Source: Mesotaenium endlicherianum (lineage: Eukaryota). From it: DNA of 64,000 nucleotides. Numbering within the stretch: position 1 is the stretch's first letter; each line of letters opens with the position of its first letter. The notes under the pieces are model-generated. The model was not told the DNA's origin and made no database searches. It worked only from the letters and a program-made list of their open reading frames with translations. Below, one piece after another: positions 26,001 to 37,835 of the stretch. The stretch is taken from positions 780,773 to 844,772 of the forward strand of contig WELA01002297.1 in the NCBI GenBank assembly GCA_009602735.1. The letters are read 5' to 3'. Position numbers and translations under genes: made by a program.

Positions 26001-28851
26001 CCTAGCTGCAGGCAGCAGGCTCCTTCCCTTGGCCCCTCTGCTCAGCGGAGCCCAATGGGGGGAGGTCCCTTCTGGAGCGACATGCTCGTTACAGGTGGAG
26101 AACAAAACCAGGGCAGTCTCCGCGGGAGGAAAGGGGGGGCGGGGGGGGNNNNNNNNNNNNNNNNNNNNNNNNNNNNNNNNNNNNNNNNNNNNNNNNNNNN
26201 NNNNNNNNNNNNNNNNNNNNNNNNNNNNNNNNNNNNNNNNNNNNNNNNNNNNNNNNNNNNNNNNNNNNNNNNNNNNNNNNNNNNNNNNNNNNNNNNNNNN
26301 NNNNNNNNNNNNNNNNNNNNNNNNNNNNNNNNNNNNNNNNNNNNNNNNNNNNNNNNNNNNNNNNNNNNNNNNNNNNNNNNNNNNNNNNNNNNNNNNNNNN
26401 NNNNNNNNNNNNNNNNNNNNNNNNNNNNNNNNNNNNNNNNNNNNNNNNNNNNNNNNNNNNNNNNNNNNNNNNNNNNNNNNNNNNNNNNNNNNNNNNNNNN
26501 NNNNNNNNNNNNNNNNNNNNNNNNNNNNNNNNNNNNNNNNNNNNNNNNNNNNNNNNNNNNNNNNNNNNNNNNNNNNNNNNNNNNNNNNNNNNNNNNNNNN
26601 NNNNNNNNNNNNNNNNNNNNNNNNNNNNNNNNNNNNNNNNNNNNNNNNNNNNNNNNNNNNNNNNNNNNNNNNNNNNNNNNNNNNNNNNNNNNNNNNNNNN
26701 NNNNNNNNNNNNNNNNNNNNNNNNNNGAGGGCGGGGGCGGGGCGGGGCGGGGCGAGGTGCAGGGTGGGGCAGGAGATGCTGATCGAGGAGGAGCTGACGC
26801 CGGACGAGATGGCGGAGGAGCTGGCGCCCATCTCCGTGCAGCTGGCCTACGTGCAGCAGGTGCTGAAGCCTCCCCCCCCCCTCCCTCCTCCCCCCTTTTC
26901 TCTCTCCTGGGCCCCTGCTCTCTGCTGCTGCCCCGGGACTCTTGGTGCATGCATGCGGCACCGCCTGAGCCGTCACAGGTGGCTGCATGACAACGTCCAC
27001 CGTCTTGCTCTCTCAGTTTGGGCTTCGTGAAAGTACTGTGTTGTAAGTCCGGGGGGGGGGGAGGGGGGGGGGCTAGGCTGTTCTGGCGCCAATTGCGAAC
27101 GAGAGAAGGTATATCCCCTCGCTCATGCTGTGGAGTTGGGAGCTTGTGCATGCCTTGTCCCAGCTGTCAGGACGATGGCGTGGAACAGATAACGCGCGAG
27201 AGAGGCCTTCGTGCAGACACGCGAGCCGGCAGTGCATCCCCATTGCATGTCGTGCACTAGAGCTATGCAAATTGGTCCTCCAAGGAAGACTCCACTTGCG
27301 CAACCCTACCCCACAAGTAGGAAACATCTGCCAGCAGGCCAAACGTTCTTGGCGCCCCCCACCCAGCTGCGATGCGATGCAAATGCCTGCCCTTGTTGAA
27401 TTTGTATGTGGCTCTCTTTTCCCTCTTCCACCCTCCTTTCACCTCCCCCTCACCCTCCCCCTCCCCATTCCTTCCCCCTCGCTTGCCTGGGGCCGGCGTG
27501 GGGTTGCCTGCTTCGTCTGCGTGCGTGCCACGTGGCAGATGCAAGGGCGGGCGGGCGAGGCCGTGCAGAGCTACAGTGCGCTGCTCAAGCGGCGGCTGGC
27601 AGACGCGCCCTCCATGGCGGTGGCGTGCAACAACCTGGTGGCGCTGCGCGGCTCCAAGGACCTCTTCGACAGCCTCAAGCGCATGGACAAGCTGGTGGCG
27701 GCGGATCGCGGCAGCGCGGGCGGCGGTGCGCTATCGCTCGCAGACGGGCTGGACGCCAAGCTGTCGGCGCGGCAGAAGGAGGCGCTGCTGTTCAACCGCT
27801 GCCTCCTGCTGCTGCACTCGCACAAGCTCGACCAGGTTCAGCGGGCGCCCTTTTCTTTCTTCCCCCTTCTTGGCCCGCCACGGCCTGCCCCTGTTCCTCT
27901 CCCGGCCGCCAGCCATATTTCGTTTTCTCATCCTTCTTCTGGCATTTCAACAATATCTGCACCCTCCTGGAAGGGAGGCCTGGACTGCGGGCTCCGGGAA
28001 CAGGGGAAGCATGCGTGCGCTTGCTTGGTAGCATCAGGATGGAATACGAAGTGCATGCCGGCAGTCACGGGAGCGCGCTGGCCGTGTCAGCGTCGGCTTC
28101 ATCCAACGACTGCGATGTTCCATCGTAGCGTTAGCTTGCCAAGCGGCAGCTACACTCTGTTCTTCTAGTGGTGATGCTGCTCTGTCGCAATGATTGAAAA
28201 TTGACTCTGTCTATGACTCGTCTGCCATAAACTATGACACCCTCCCCCAAGTCGAGCTGACGCTGCTGCTGCTGCCTGCCCGCGGCTGGGTGCTGATATT
28301 TGCTTGCAACTGGCTGCTCCGCTGCTGGCCAGGCGCGGGAGGCGGTGCAGGCGACGAGGAAGGTGCTGCCGCACAGCGAGGCGCCGCTGCTCCTGTCCGC
28401 CGCCATCCAGGCCAAGGAGGGCAGGCCCGCGGGGTCCGCCGCCCGCCAGGTGGCGCCGCAGGAGGAGCAGAGCAGCGGGGGCAGGGGCTGGATGCGGGCG
28501 CAGCTGGTGAAGGCGCAGGCGGCTGCCGCGGGCGGCGCTCCCTCCGAGGCCGCGCAGCTGCTGGAGAGCATCTCAGCCCTGCGGCACCGGCCCGCCGTGG
28601 TCGCGACACTTGTCGCCCTCAAGGTGCGTGCCGACACCCCTTTCCCCGCCCTCGCGCTCGGCTGCCTGTGCAGTTTGGAGGCAGAGGAGCTTCCGCATCT
28701 CGCTGACACGCCCTCCACTCTCCTGCCCGTGCCAGGAGCAGTGCCCGGGCGTGGCCAAGGCCCCTGCAAGGGGCGGGGCCTCTGGCCATCGGGCCGTTGG
28801 GCTTGTATGCAGTGCATGGAGGGAAGCGAGGGTGCTTGTGCTTGCGCAACT

Positions 28852-28882
<31 letters not shown>

Positions 28883-30494
28883 TTTCTGCTTTCTGCAGGC
28901 TTCTGCCTTGTGCTTATTTGGATGCCGGCTTTGACTGCGAGGGAGGAACAGGGGGAGGGGATCGAGGGAGGGGGAGAGAGAGACGGTCAGGCGCAGAGCA
29001 CGTTGCCCAGGGTCTCCTTCTGGTATAGAGAGAGCAGCTGCACAGGCCGGCTGCTGCTGACCTTGGGCCGTCGTCCATGGCTGCAGGAGAGGGCCGGCGA
29101 CGTGGCGGGCGCGGAGGCCACCTTGGACGATGCCGTGCGGCACTACGACTCGCAGGGCCCGGCAGCCATGGAGGTCGATGTGCCCGGGGGCGAAGGGGAG
29201 GAGGAGGAGGGGGAGGAGCTGGGGCAGCTGGGGGCAGGGGAGACGAAGAGTCGCGGCGAGGTAAAGGAGAGCCTGCTGCAGGAGCTGGCGGCGTTCAAGC
29301 TGCGGTGCGGCAAGTTCCAGGAAGCTGCGGAGGTGTACAAGCGCCTGCTGGAGGGTGCATCGTCGCCAGCTGTCAAGGCCGAGGCGCTCACAGGCCTCGT
29401 CTCCAGCACCGCCGTCTGCGACCCTGGTGTGTCTCTCCCCCTCTCCCTCTCCCTACCTCCCTACCTCCCTCTCTCTCCCTCCTCTCTCCCTCTCTCTATC
29501 TCCTTCTCCTTCTCCCTCTCCCTCTCCCTCCCTCCTCTATATGTGCCTCTTCCACCCTTGTCTCCTATTTTCTGCCATCTGTATCTCTTGAGTCTGCATG
29601 GTAGCTTCTACGTAGTAAGTGTAGGTCACATGTATGTATGTAATGACAGATTTTATGTCCTTGCTTTGTGTCTCCTCGAATACTTATGCTAAACCTCTCT
29701 CCCACTGTACCTGCTCTTCTCCATCGTCTCCTCGCGCCGCCCCTCTGACTTCTCTGCCGCTAATAGGGTGCAGCTAGCGCGAGCGAGAACAGAAGCCGAG
29801 TACAATAGGTCTGCCTTCGCTTGTTGTCCGGGGCACGCCAGAACATGGCAAACTCCCGCTATGCACAGGCTGTAACTCGTCTCCTCACGACTGCCGGCAT
29901 CCTCTGAGCATCTGCCGTCTGCCATGTGTCCCCCCCCCCCCAGCGGCTGCCGAGAAGTACGAGCTGGAGCTGCCGCCCATGCCAGGCACGGCCTCGCTGG
30001 ACGCCGCCGCGCTGGAGCGCTCCGCCAGCGCCCAGCCCTTTTCCAGGGCCAAGCGGCCGGCGCCGTCGGCCGCGGCTGCGGCAGGAGGTGACGGCGAGGG
30101 CGCCGGTGGGGAGGGCAACGAGGCCGTGAAAGCGCGGAAGAAGAGGAAGAAGAAGAAGGTCATATACCCCAAGGGCTTCGATCCCGCCAATCCCGGCCCT
30201 CCACCCGACCCCGAGCGCTGGCTGCCCAGGAAGGAGCGCTCGACGTACAAGCCCAAGCGGAAGGATAAGCGGATCGCCGCGCAAATCCGGGGGGCTCAGG
30301 GCGCTGTCATTAAAGAGAAGCCCGGGGAGGGCGGCTCTGGCGCAGCAGCGTCGTCTACCAGTAGTGCTGCAGGCGGCTCGGCCGCGTTTAGTAAGGGGCC
30401 GGGGGCAAAGGCCCCAGGACCGGCTGCCGCTGCTGCAGCAGCCAAAGCAGAGCCCGCCGCCGCTAAGAAGAAGGGGAAGAAGGGCCGCAGGTAG
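23050..30494 (+). CDS. SRP72: Signal recognition particle subunit SRP72
   Basis: Exons 23050-23239, 23949-24091, 24713-25104, 26763-26859, 27539-27835, 28333-28623, 29087-29426, 29944-30494 (TAG). TPR region includes LHCQVVALIQ, FEKAYCLYR, QLEAQVLYRMG, YNVACAL and ELAPISVQLAYVQQ. The SRP-RNA-binding motif reads KKRKKKKVIYPKGFDPANPGPPPDPERWLPRKERSTY. Confidence 0.97.
23240..23948 (+). other. U12-type (minor spliceosome) GT-AG intron 1 of SRP72
   Basis: 5' splice site GTATCCTC (U12 consensus RTATCCT). Branch-like CCCTTGAC at 23923-23930 sits 18 nt before the end of the intron, and there is no polypyrimidine tract. Confidence 0.8.
25105..26762 (+). other. GC-AG intron 3 of SRP72
   Basis: AG|GCAGGG joined to TGCAG|G restores LLLANRVGQEMLIEE in phase. 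There is no GT at the expected junction. The intron contains the gap 26149-26725. Confidence 0.75.
25433..26148 (+). repeat. Two diverged direct copies of a ~210-bp sequence in SRP72 intron 3 (25433-25650 and 25939-26148)
   Basis: Shared blocks tggaaggcc, gggcacgcttctcgt, ctagctgcaggcagcaggctcc, cccctctgctcagcgg and ttacaggtggagaa; both copies end in a G-run. Confidence 0.85.
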
Positions 30495-31121
30495 TAGGGA
30501 GCTTGTCAGCAACGAAGGTAATTTGGGGTGTTCACCTAGTGTCAGATGATATGCTACTCTGTTGGGGGTGGAGTGCCTCTGTGGCTGCCATGTTACGTCA
30601 CTGGTGACACTTGACAACTGGTGGCATTCACTTAAATGATGGGAGGATGATGGGAGTCAAAGTCCAGTTATGTTTTTCTGCACATGCTGTTCTTTAATGG
30701 TGCCATTGGTGTCGGTTGCTTACCAACCAAAAAGCTTATAGAATATCGGTATTCAAATGTGAGATTTTTGAGCCACAGGTGTATCATTATACACCTTATT
30801 TGAATTCAAAATTCTATTGCATGAATGTTTTGAAGCGAGTAAGCGTGCAGCATTGGCTCCTGACGACAATCATATGGCATGTTACAAATAAGCATATAAG
30901 GATGATGTTGAGCATAGCACAGATTCATAAGCTGGGGAACAAGTACTGCATGTCGATAATCGCTATATGAAATACAGCCCACGTTATGTTTCTCTTCAAT
31001 AGGAGTCATGGCCCATCAGAGAGCTGTGAAGTATTTTGTACACCTTGTGAAGACAGCAAGCGTGCGGCTAGCGGACAGTCCGCTCATTGATGACACGTCA
31101 ATAGCGAGCAGGGACTAATGT

Positions 31122-31534
31122 AGCCATGGGGTGCTAACTGTCACAACGTTCCCCAAAATATTGATTTCTTCGCAAACTTTGCAAGTGCGTCGCCGAAATC
31201 CTTGTCTTATTGATTTTTTGCGCTACATTAAATTCCGACGCAGGGTATTGCGGACAATTGATTTTTGGCGCAACAACCTCGACAAAAGCGCCAAACACTG
31301 TATTACATTGGCATTTTTCATACCATATATGGTGGGATATATCACATAGATGCCCATGAAATTGATTTTTGTTGCAAGGTAGTGAGACCTTTTGAAATAA
31401 GTCACCAAAATTTCTTTGCATTTATTTTTTTTGCACTAACACAAGAATAGTTGAGAAATATCGCCAATCAAAAATACTTTGATTGTTTTCGCCAAGAGGC
31501 CCCTTCAGATAAAAAGAGTTAGCACCCCATGGCT
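31122..31534. mobile_element. MITE / non-autonomous DNA transposon (~413 bp)
   Basis: Perfect 18-bp terminal inverted repeats AGCCATGGGGTGCTAACT (31122-31139) and AGTTAGCACCCCATGGCT (31517-31534). The interior is AT-rich and non-coding, with recurring ATTGATTT(T) motifs. Confidence 0.8.
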
Positions 31535-32920
31535 TTAAGCCAGCTTTGAGCGTGTGTATTCTTGGTCGTGAAGGCTTTCACACAAGCGAAAAACGCGTGT
31601 GTGCGAGCGAGCGCCCACCATGCACGCGTGAAAGGAGCGCTCGGGTGCTTGCCCACAATGGCTCACACAAATAAATTTGAGCACATGCGTGCGGGAAGCA
31701 TGCACGTGTGCGTACGTGTACATGTATGCTCGTGTGAACAAGCTCGCAATCAATGCGAGCTGGCATTTGAGCAGGTGTACGTGTGTGCGAATGAACCTCC
31801 TACATGTGCGAATGCCTGACGTGCACTTTTGCTAGCACGCTTGTGTTGAATGATGTTACGTCGAAGTGCTTTCATTTTTAAACGAGTGTGTGCCAAGCAA
31901 TCATGGTTAAGTGCACGTCAAGCTCACCATGCAAATCATATTATGCACAAAAAAAACTCACCAGAGTCACAAACTATATTTCTTGTCAAGAAATGCTTTC
32001 CATAACTCACGGTGTACCATCCTCACAGTCATCCACATTCCATCATGTTAAATGCACTTAAACGTTACATATTTTGAAACAAAATATATATGTATGTATA
32101 TATTTTTTTTAAATATATTTGAGGCCAATGTTTATTCCCTTCGTCTGGAAATCGCCCTGGTCATCCAATCTCATCATTAATGTCCACGGGAGCAGCACAT
32201 ACTGTACATATTGTTAATTGTTTCGATTATCCAAGTGGTGATCAAATTTCGCAACGCCTGCACGTGGATTTTGAATTGGCAAGCTTGTTCAAGCGCATAT
32301 TCTGAAATTGGCAAATAGCACTTGCAGTAAGATTGTGAAATTCACCTAAATACAAAAATGATTTCCACGTCCATTTTGCACAAATCTTTAGCTTGTGCGT
32401 GCGTTTGCGTAAATGTATGGGCACGGAACAACGATCATTGTTTTTAGACCATCTTATATTTGATCTCAGTACATGTACAAAACATTGATTAAATATAAAT
32501 AATTAACAAAAGATTTAATAAAATTATGAGACAGGACCGTACATACCAACCCTATTTGAAATGTCCACATGTTCCCAAAAACCTAAAATCTTGCCATCAA
32601 CCAAGTGTTCCTCGCCAGCTCTCCATTGGTCCCTACCTGCCCAAAATTGAGCCAAATCTAGTGATTGCTCTATTCCTCACTATCCACCAATTCCTAACTC
32701 ATCCTAGTCTAGTCGTCGAACTGTTTCACGTCTCAAACTTGGCCATGAATTTGAACATGATCATGACTGCTTCCCAGCCACCGTCCATGATACCGTTGAA
32801 CTCCAGGAACCCTCCCGGCCACCCTAAGTACCCTCTCAGCCAACCTAAGCAAACCGGTCAAGGATGTCATGATATCTATGTGGGCCAATCTAGTTCACTG
32901 TTTTACTAAAATTCCCTTTA

Positions 32921-32924
<4 letters not shown>

Positions 32925-32989
<65 letters not shown>

Positions 32990-33102
32990 NNNNNNNNNNN
33001 NNNNNNNNNNNNNNNNNNNNNNNNNNNNNNNNNNNNNNNNNNNNNNNNNNNNNNNNNNNNNNNNNNNNNNNNNNNNNNNNNNNNNNNNNNNNNNNNNNNN
33101 NN

Positions 33103-33178
<76 letters not shown>
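32925..33178. repeat. Long (CT)n microsatellite spanning a gap
   Basis: Pure CT repeats on both sides of the N-run at 32990-33102. Confidence 0.95.
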
Positions 33179-33180
<2 letters not shown>

Positions 33181-33377
33181 CGCGCGCTTGCTCGCTTGCT
33201 TTCTCTCTCTCTCTCTCTTGGAAGGTCATTGTTATCAATAAGCTTCTTGTTCTTTATATATGGGGCACCATACAGGAGAGTTAGCTTGAGGAAGGTGGAA
33301 ATAACAAAGGTGGACTTTCTCACAGGCAAAGTCAGAAGGAAGAAACATCAAAGAAACGAATCATCCCAAGAAATTAT

Positions 33378-34095
33378 TGAAATGAATCGGCCTACCAATA
33401 GGCAATTAACAATTAATGAAGATCTTTATATCAGCGAGTAATTTTAATCGTACTTTCTGTTAACTGGTTAAACAGCAAAAGACAACACACTAGCAGTGGA
33501 CAATACTCGCAAGTCGAATGCAAGTAAACTAGCATCAATAATGCAATCAGTAAACTCATACATAAGCAAGGCTAGAAGACAGTGCGTATCAATGGCTTCT
33601 CGCCTTGGATTCAGATATCTCTCAGTAAGCTGTACAAGAGAGTTGGCCTCGTTTCCAAATGCCGAACTTGAGACAATGACCTAGCATATGTACATGGAAT
33701 GAGTCTATTGTTCAACAGCAAGTGCGATGGCACCGGCTACTCGGGAGTTAACCACGTTGGTAGGACCTCGCTTAACCAAATCCACCACAATCTTCCATCA
33801 TCGCGAATCGCCATCCATCCCAAGGATGTCATCTGGCCATTCATCTAGCATATCACACTTAGATGCATATCTAGGCAGTTCGCTGCTACCGAGTACGGAA
33901 GTCAGCTGGCTGTCAAAGAATGTGTCAGCAAGCTGACCTAAGTTGACTGTAGCCTGCTGCTCTTGGCTGAGTCATTAAACAGGTAATTATATAAAGTCCA
34001 GCAGATTGAATTTTAACTAAAGTTCATTAAGTTGAACTTATTTAACTATTACATAAAACTGAATATTATATTTATCAATATACTGATTCATTACA
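33378..34095 (-). mobile_element. Solo LTR, Ty3/gypsy family A (718 bp)
   Basis: Termini TGAAATGAATC...GATTCATTACA with a perfect 5-bp TSD ATTAT (33373-33377 and 34096-34100). Homologous to the LTRs at 35416, 36861, 59048, 62238 and 62808. Confidence 0.93.
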
Positions 34096-34429
34096 ATTAT
34101 GGTCGGATCTAGAGCAAGACTCGTTAGGCAAGCAATTTTGTAAGCTCGCATGAACCTTCAGTAGCTACTGTTTGTTATGAGCTTTAGTTGTATTTTACTC
34201 ACAAGTTTGTAGTCCACTACAAGTATTGAACATGCAAGCAAAACTCATTTATGATGTGCACTCACAAGCGATAACGCATTTACAATCTGGCCATTGGAAG
34301 TATCTCGATGCCGTTACAGGAAACTCTCTTATGTTTCACCGTCTTACCCAAGTACTATCTTAATTTTGACGACGCTAATTTCAGCCGAAGCTATCTTTCT
34401 CGTCCTAAGACCACTAAAATGACTCGGCG

Positions 34430-35030
34430 TAACAATAAGCAATATCCGCCTACTCGGAAGTTAACCTTGTCAGAAGGACATCGGCTAATAAAATCCACAG
34501 CCATCTTCCATCATCCCATATTACCATCCGCCAGAGGCGTCATGTGGTTATTCATCTAGCATATCACAATTAGATGCATTACTAGGCAGTTTGCTAGTAC
34601 CGCTTAAGGCGGTCAGTTGGCTGTCAAAGAATGTGTCACCAAACTGACTTCAATTGTATTCAGCCTGATACTATCGGCTGAGCCAATAAACTAAATACTA
34701 CTAAAAGTCCAACAGACGAAATATTAACTAAACTTCAGCAGGTTGAACTTATATAACTATTACAATAAACTAAATCATTATACTAGTTATATTGAGTTAT
34801 TACAAATCTCAAACCCATTGGCAAACCTTGCATATGTAAAGAAAATGAATTCACAACAGAATGCAATGGCATTGTCTACCCAAGAGTTCACCATGTTCGT
34901 AAGACCTTGGCTAACTAGATGCACAATCATCTTTCACGAATCTCTATCTGCCGAAAGCCACATCGGGTGAATCTTAAATATGACATGACATGATAGATGC
35001 GTGACTAGACTATTTGCTACTTTTGATGTA
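34430..35030 (-). mobile_element. Two old, diverged family-A LTR fragments (~34430-34804 and ~34825-35030)
   Basis: Recognisable blocks attcatctagcatatcaca, ggctgtcaaagaatgtgtca and terminal ttattaca. The second fragment is more decayed. Boundaries are approximate. Confidence 0.7.
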
Positions 35031-35415
35031 AGAAGAAAGGTTGATACATCTAATAGTAGATTCATTCATAACAATCACTGAGCTTATTGAATTCCTACTT
35101 AGACTCCTCAGTATCCGTGCTTACCAACATAACAACCAAGTTTGTCGACCTATTTCAACAACCAACCCAATACTCTACCCGATGCTCAAGCCAACTTGCG
35201 CAAGTGTCTACCTAATCAAGTATTAACAAAAATCTATGCATGCATAGAATATTTAGGCAACGTTTAAACTTCGCTGGTTTATGGAATTTCAAAATACTTA
35301 ATATTGATCGCAACTCGAATCTTGGTCCATATAGCTAGTCCTCGCAATGCTGACTCTATATCATGGTTACATCAGCTGGAATCTTCTTATTTGTTCAAGG
35401 TATATTCACTTTTTC

Positions 35416-37835
35416 TGTAATGAATCAATATATTGGTAGATATAATATTCATTTAAATACAATTTTTAATTAAGTTCAGCCTGTTGAACTTCAGTCAACA
35501 TTCAGGCTGCTGGAATCTATATAATTATCAATTTAATGACTCAGCCAAGAGCAGCAGACTGAAGTCAACTTAAGTGAACTTGCTGACACATTCTTTGACA
35601 GCCAACTGACTTTCGTACTCGATAGCAACGAATTTCCTAGACATGCATCTACATGTGATAAGCTAGATGAATGGCCAAATGACATCCTTATGATGGATGG
35701 CGATTCGGGATGATGGGAGATGGCGGTGGATTTGGTTACTCGAGGTCCTACCAACGAGGTTAACTCCCAGGTAGGCGGTGCCATTGCACTTGCCATTGAA
35801 CAGTAAACTCATTCCATGTACATTTGCTAGGATTGCTCTCAAGTTCGGCATTCAAAAACGAGGCCAACTCTCTTGTACAGCGTACTAAAAGATATCTGAA
35901 TCCAAGGCGAGAAGCCATTGATATGCACTGTCTTCTAGCCTTGCTTATGTATGCGTTCATTGATTGCATAATTGATGCTAGTTTACTTGCATTCGACTTG
36001 CGAGTATTGTCCACTGCTAGTGTGTTGTTTTTTGCTGTTTAATCAATTAACATAAAATACCATGAAGATTACTTGCTGATATAAAGATCCTCATTAATTG
36101 TTAATTGCCTATTTGGTAAGTCGATTCATTTTAGTGATATCGGAGCTTTTATCACAGACTTGCTTGTATGGTAAGGACAAGGTCTCAAACTAACAACTCC
36201 CGAAACATGGAGAACCAGGATAACGACAATGTCAAAAACCAGGCGGAAAACCATGTAGCGGGCACCCGTACCTATTCTGAAGCAGTGGCAAATACTGCAG
36301 CTAGAGAGGCTACAGATGAGGCAGCTGCTATTGCCGCAGTGGCAGCACAATAAGCTGAGGAGGAGGGAGTCAGATTAGAAGCCGAACAATTAGCAAAAGT
36401 TGCTACAGATGCAGAGAGGAGGGAAGGGAAGCCAGCGGACGAGCGCACTGCCGAAGAACTTATGGCAGCAAGGGCCAATGTTCTGACCCACCTCCTGCTG
36501 TACAACTCAATGTACCTCTAGATCAAATTTGTGAACGGCTGAATGTGGCAGGAATTGCTGCTGCAAGATTAAGAGGAAATGTTGAGGACACTACTCAGCG
36601 AGTGGATGCCACTGCTGCTGCTGCATTTGCTAGACTTCCACCTCAAAGTGTAGATCTGGGAGCATTATTTGTGCAGATGCAATCGCAAATGGCGAGCATG
36701 TATCAGTCCCAACAGGAGGACACAAGGATCATCATGACTTTGCTGCGTGACAGAGACCAACTGGATTCTCAAAACACTGGTGGTGGTGGCAGAGGGCCTA
36801 GTAAGCCTAAGCCAAAACCTCCCAAGGACTATAATCCTGAGAGAAACAAGAAGTCTGTCCTGTAATGAATCAGTATATTGGTTGATATAATATTCATTTA
36901 AATATAATAGTTAAATAAGTTCAGCCTGCTGAACTTTAGTTAATATTGAGTCTGCTGGACTTTATTAAATAACCAATTTAATGACTCAGTCGAGAGCAGC
37001 AGGCTGAAGTCAACTTAGGTCAGCTTGCTGACACATTCTTTGACAGCCAGCTGACTTCCGTACTCGGTAGCAGCGAACTGCCTAGATACGCATCTAAGTG
37101 TGGTGTGCTAGATGAATGGCCAGATGACATCCTTCGGATGGATGGCGATTCGGGATGATGGGAGATGGCGGTGGATTTGGTTAACCGAGGTCCTACCAAC
37201 GTGGTTAACTCCCGGGTAGGCGGTGCCATCGCACTGGCCGTTGAACAGTAAACTCATTCCATGTACATATGCTAGGTATTGCTCTCGAGTTCGGCATTTG
37301 GAAACGAGGCCAACTCTCTTGTACTGCTTACTGGGAGAGATATGAATCCAAGGCGAGAAGCCATTGATATGCACTGTCTCCTAGCCTTGCTTATGTGTGA
37401 GTTTACTGATTGCATTATTGATGCTAGTTTACTTCCATTTGATTTACGAGTATTGTCCACTGTTAGTGTGTTGTCTTTTTCTATTTAATCAATCAACAAA
37501 AAATACCATAAAGATTACTCGCTGATATAAAGATCTTCATTAATTGTTAACCGCCTTTTTAGTAAGTCGATTCATTACATTACCTGATCAAGTTTCTCGC
37601 TGATGTTGAGCAGTGGCTGGAGAACTACCCAGAACTGCAAGATTACGAGAAGGTCAGGCACACTGGTGCTCTACTGAAAGGCAGTGCAGCAGATTGGTGG
37701 CTGTATTGGAAAGGAGAGCGCAAGGATCAACAACTGGGTGACCCTACTTAGGTAGAGTTTGTCAAGAAGCTGCATGAGAAGTTTGATGTCATCAATCAAC
37801 AGAAGGAAGCTGTTTATACAATGATCTCCTTGACA
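35416..37835 (+). mobile_element. Truncated family-A LTR retrotransposon: 5' LTR (35416-36133), PBS, decayed gag interrupted by a nested family-A LTR
   Basis: LTR starts TGTAATGAATC. PBS tgatatcggagc at 36135-36146 is a degenerate tRNA-iMet site. gag starts MVRTRSQT at 36168, has stops and frameshifts, is collinear with the intact gag at 63043, and resumes at 37580 after the nested LTR. Confidence 0.88.
36861..37579 (+). mobile_element. Family-A LTR (probably solo) nested in the gag of another family-A copy
   Basis: TGTAATGAATC...GATTCATTACA. The gag sequence is contiguous across it when compared with 63721-63750. The flanks tgtcc/ttacc are only an imperfect TSD. Confidence 0.85.

Noticed and set aside
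33496..37488. Recurrent small ORFs MDNTRKSN... and MAPPTRELTT...
   Set aside because: They recur only because the LTR is repeated. They are antisense to the LTR, and frames and stops vary between copies.
36861..37579. Hammerhead or HDV ribozyme (retrozyme-like) in the family-A LTR
   Set aside because: I found no CTGANGA...GAAA core on either strand, and the pseudoknot lacks room for HDV P3/L3. The apparent TTCG loop at ~37133 varies among copies.
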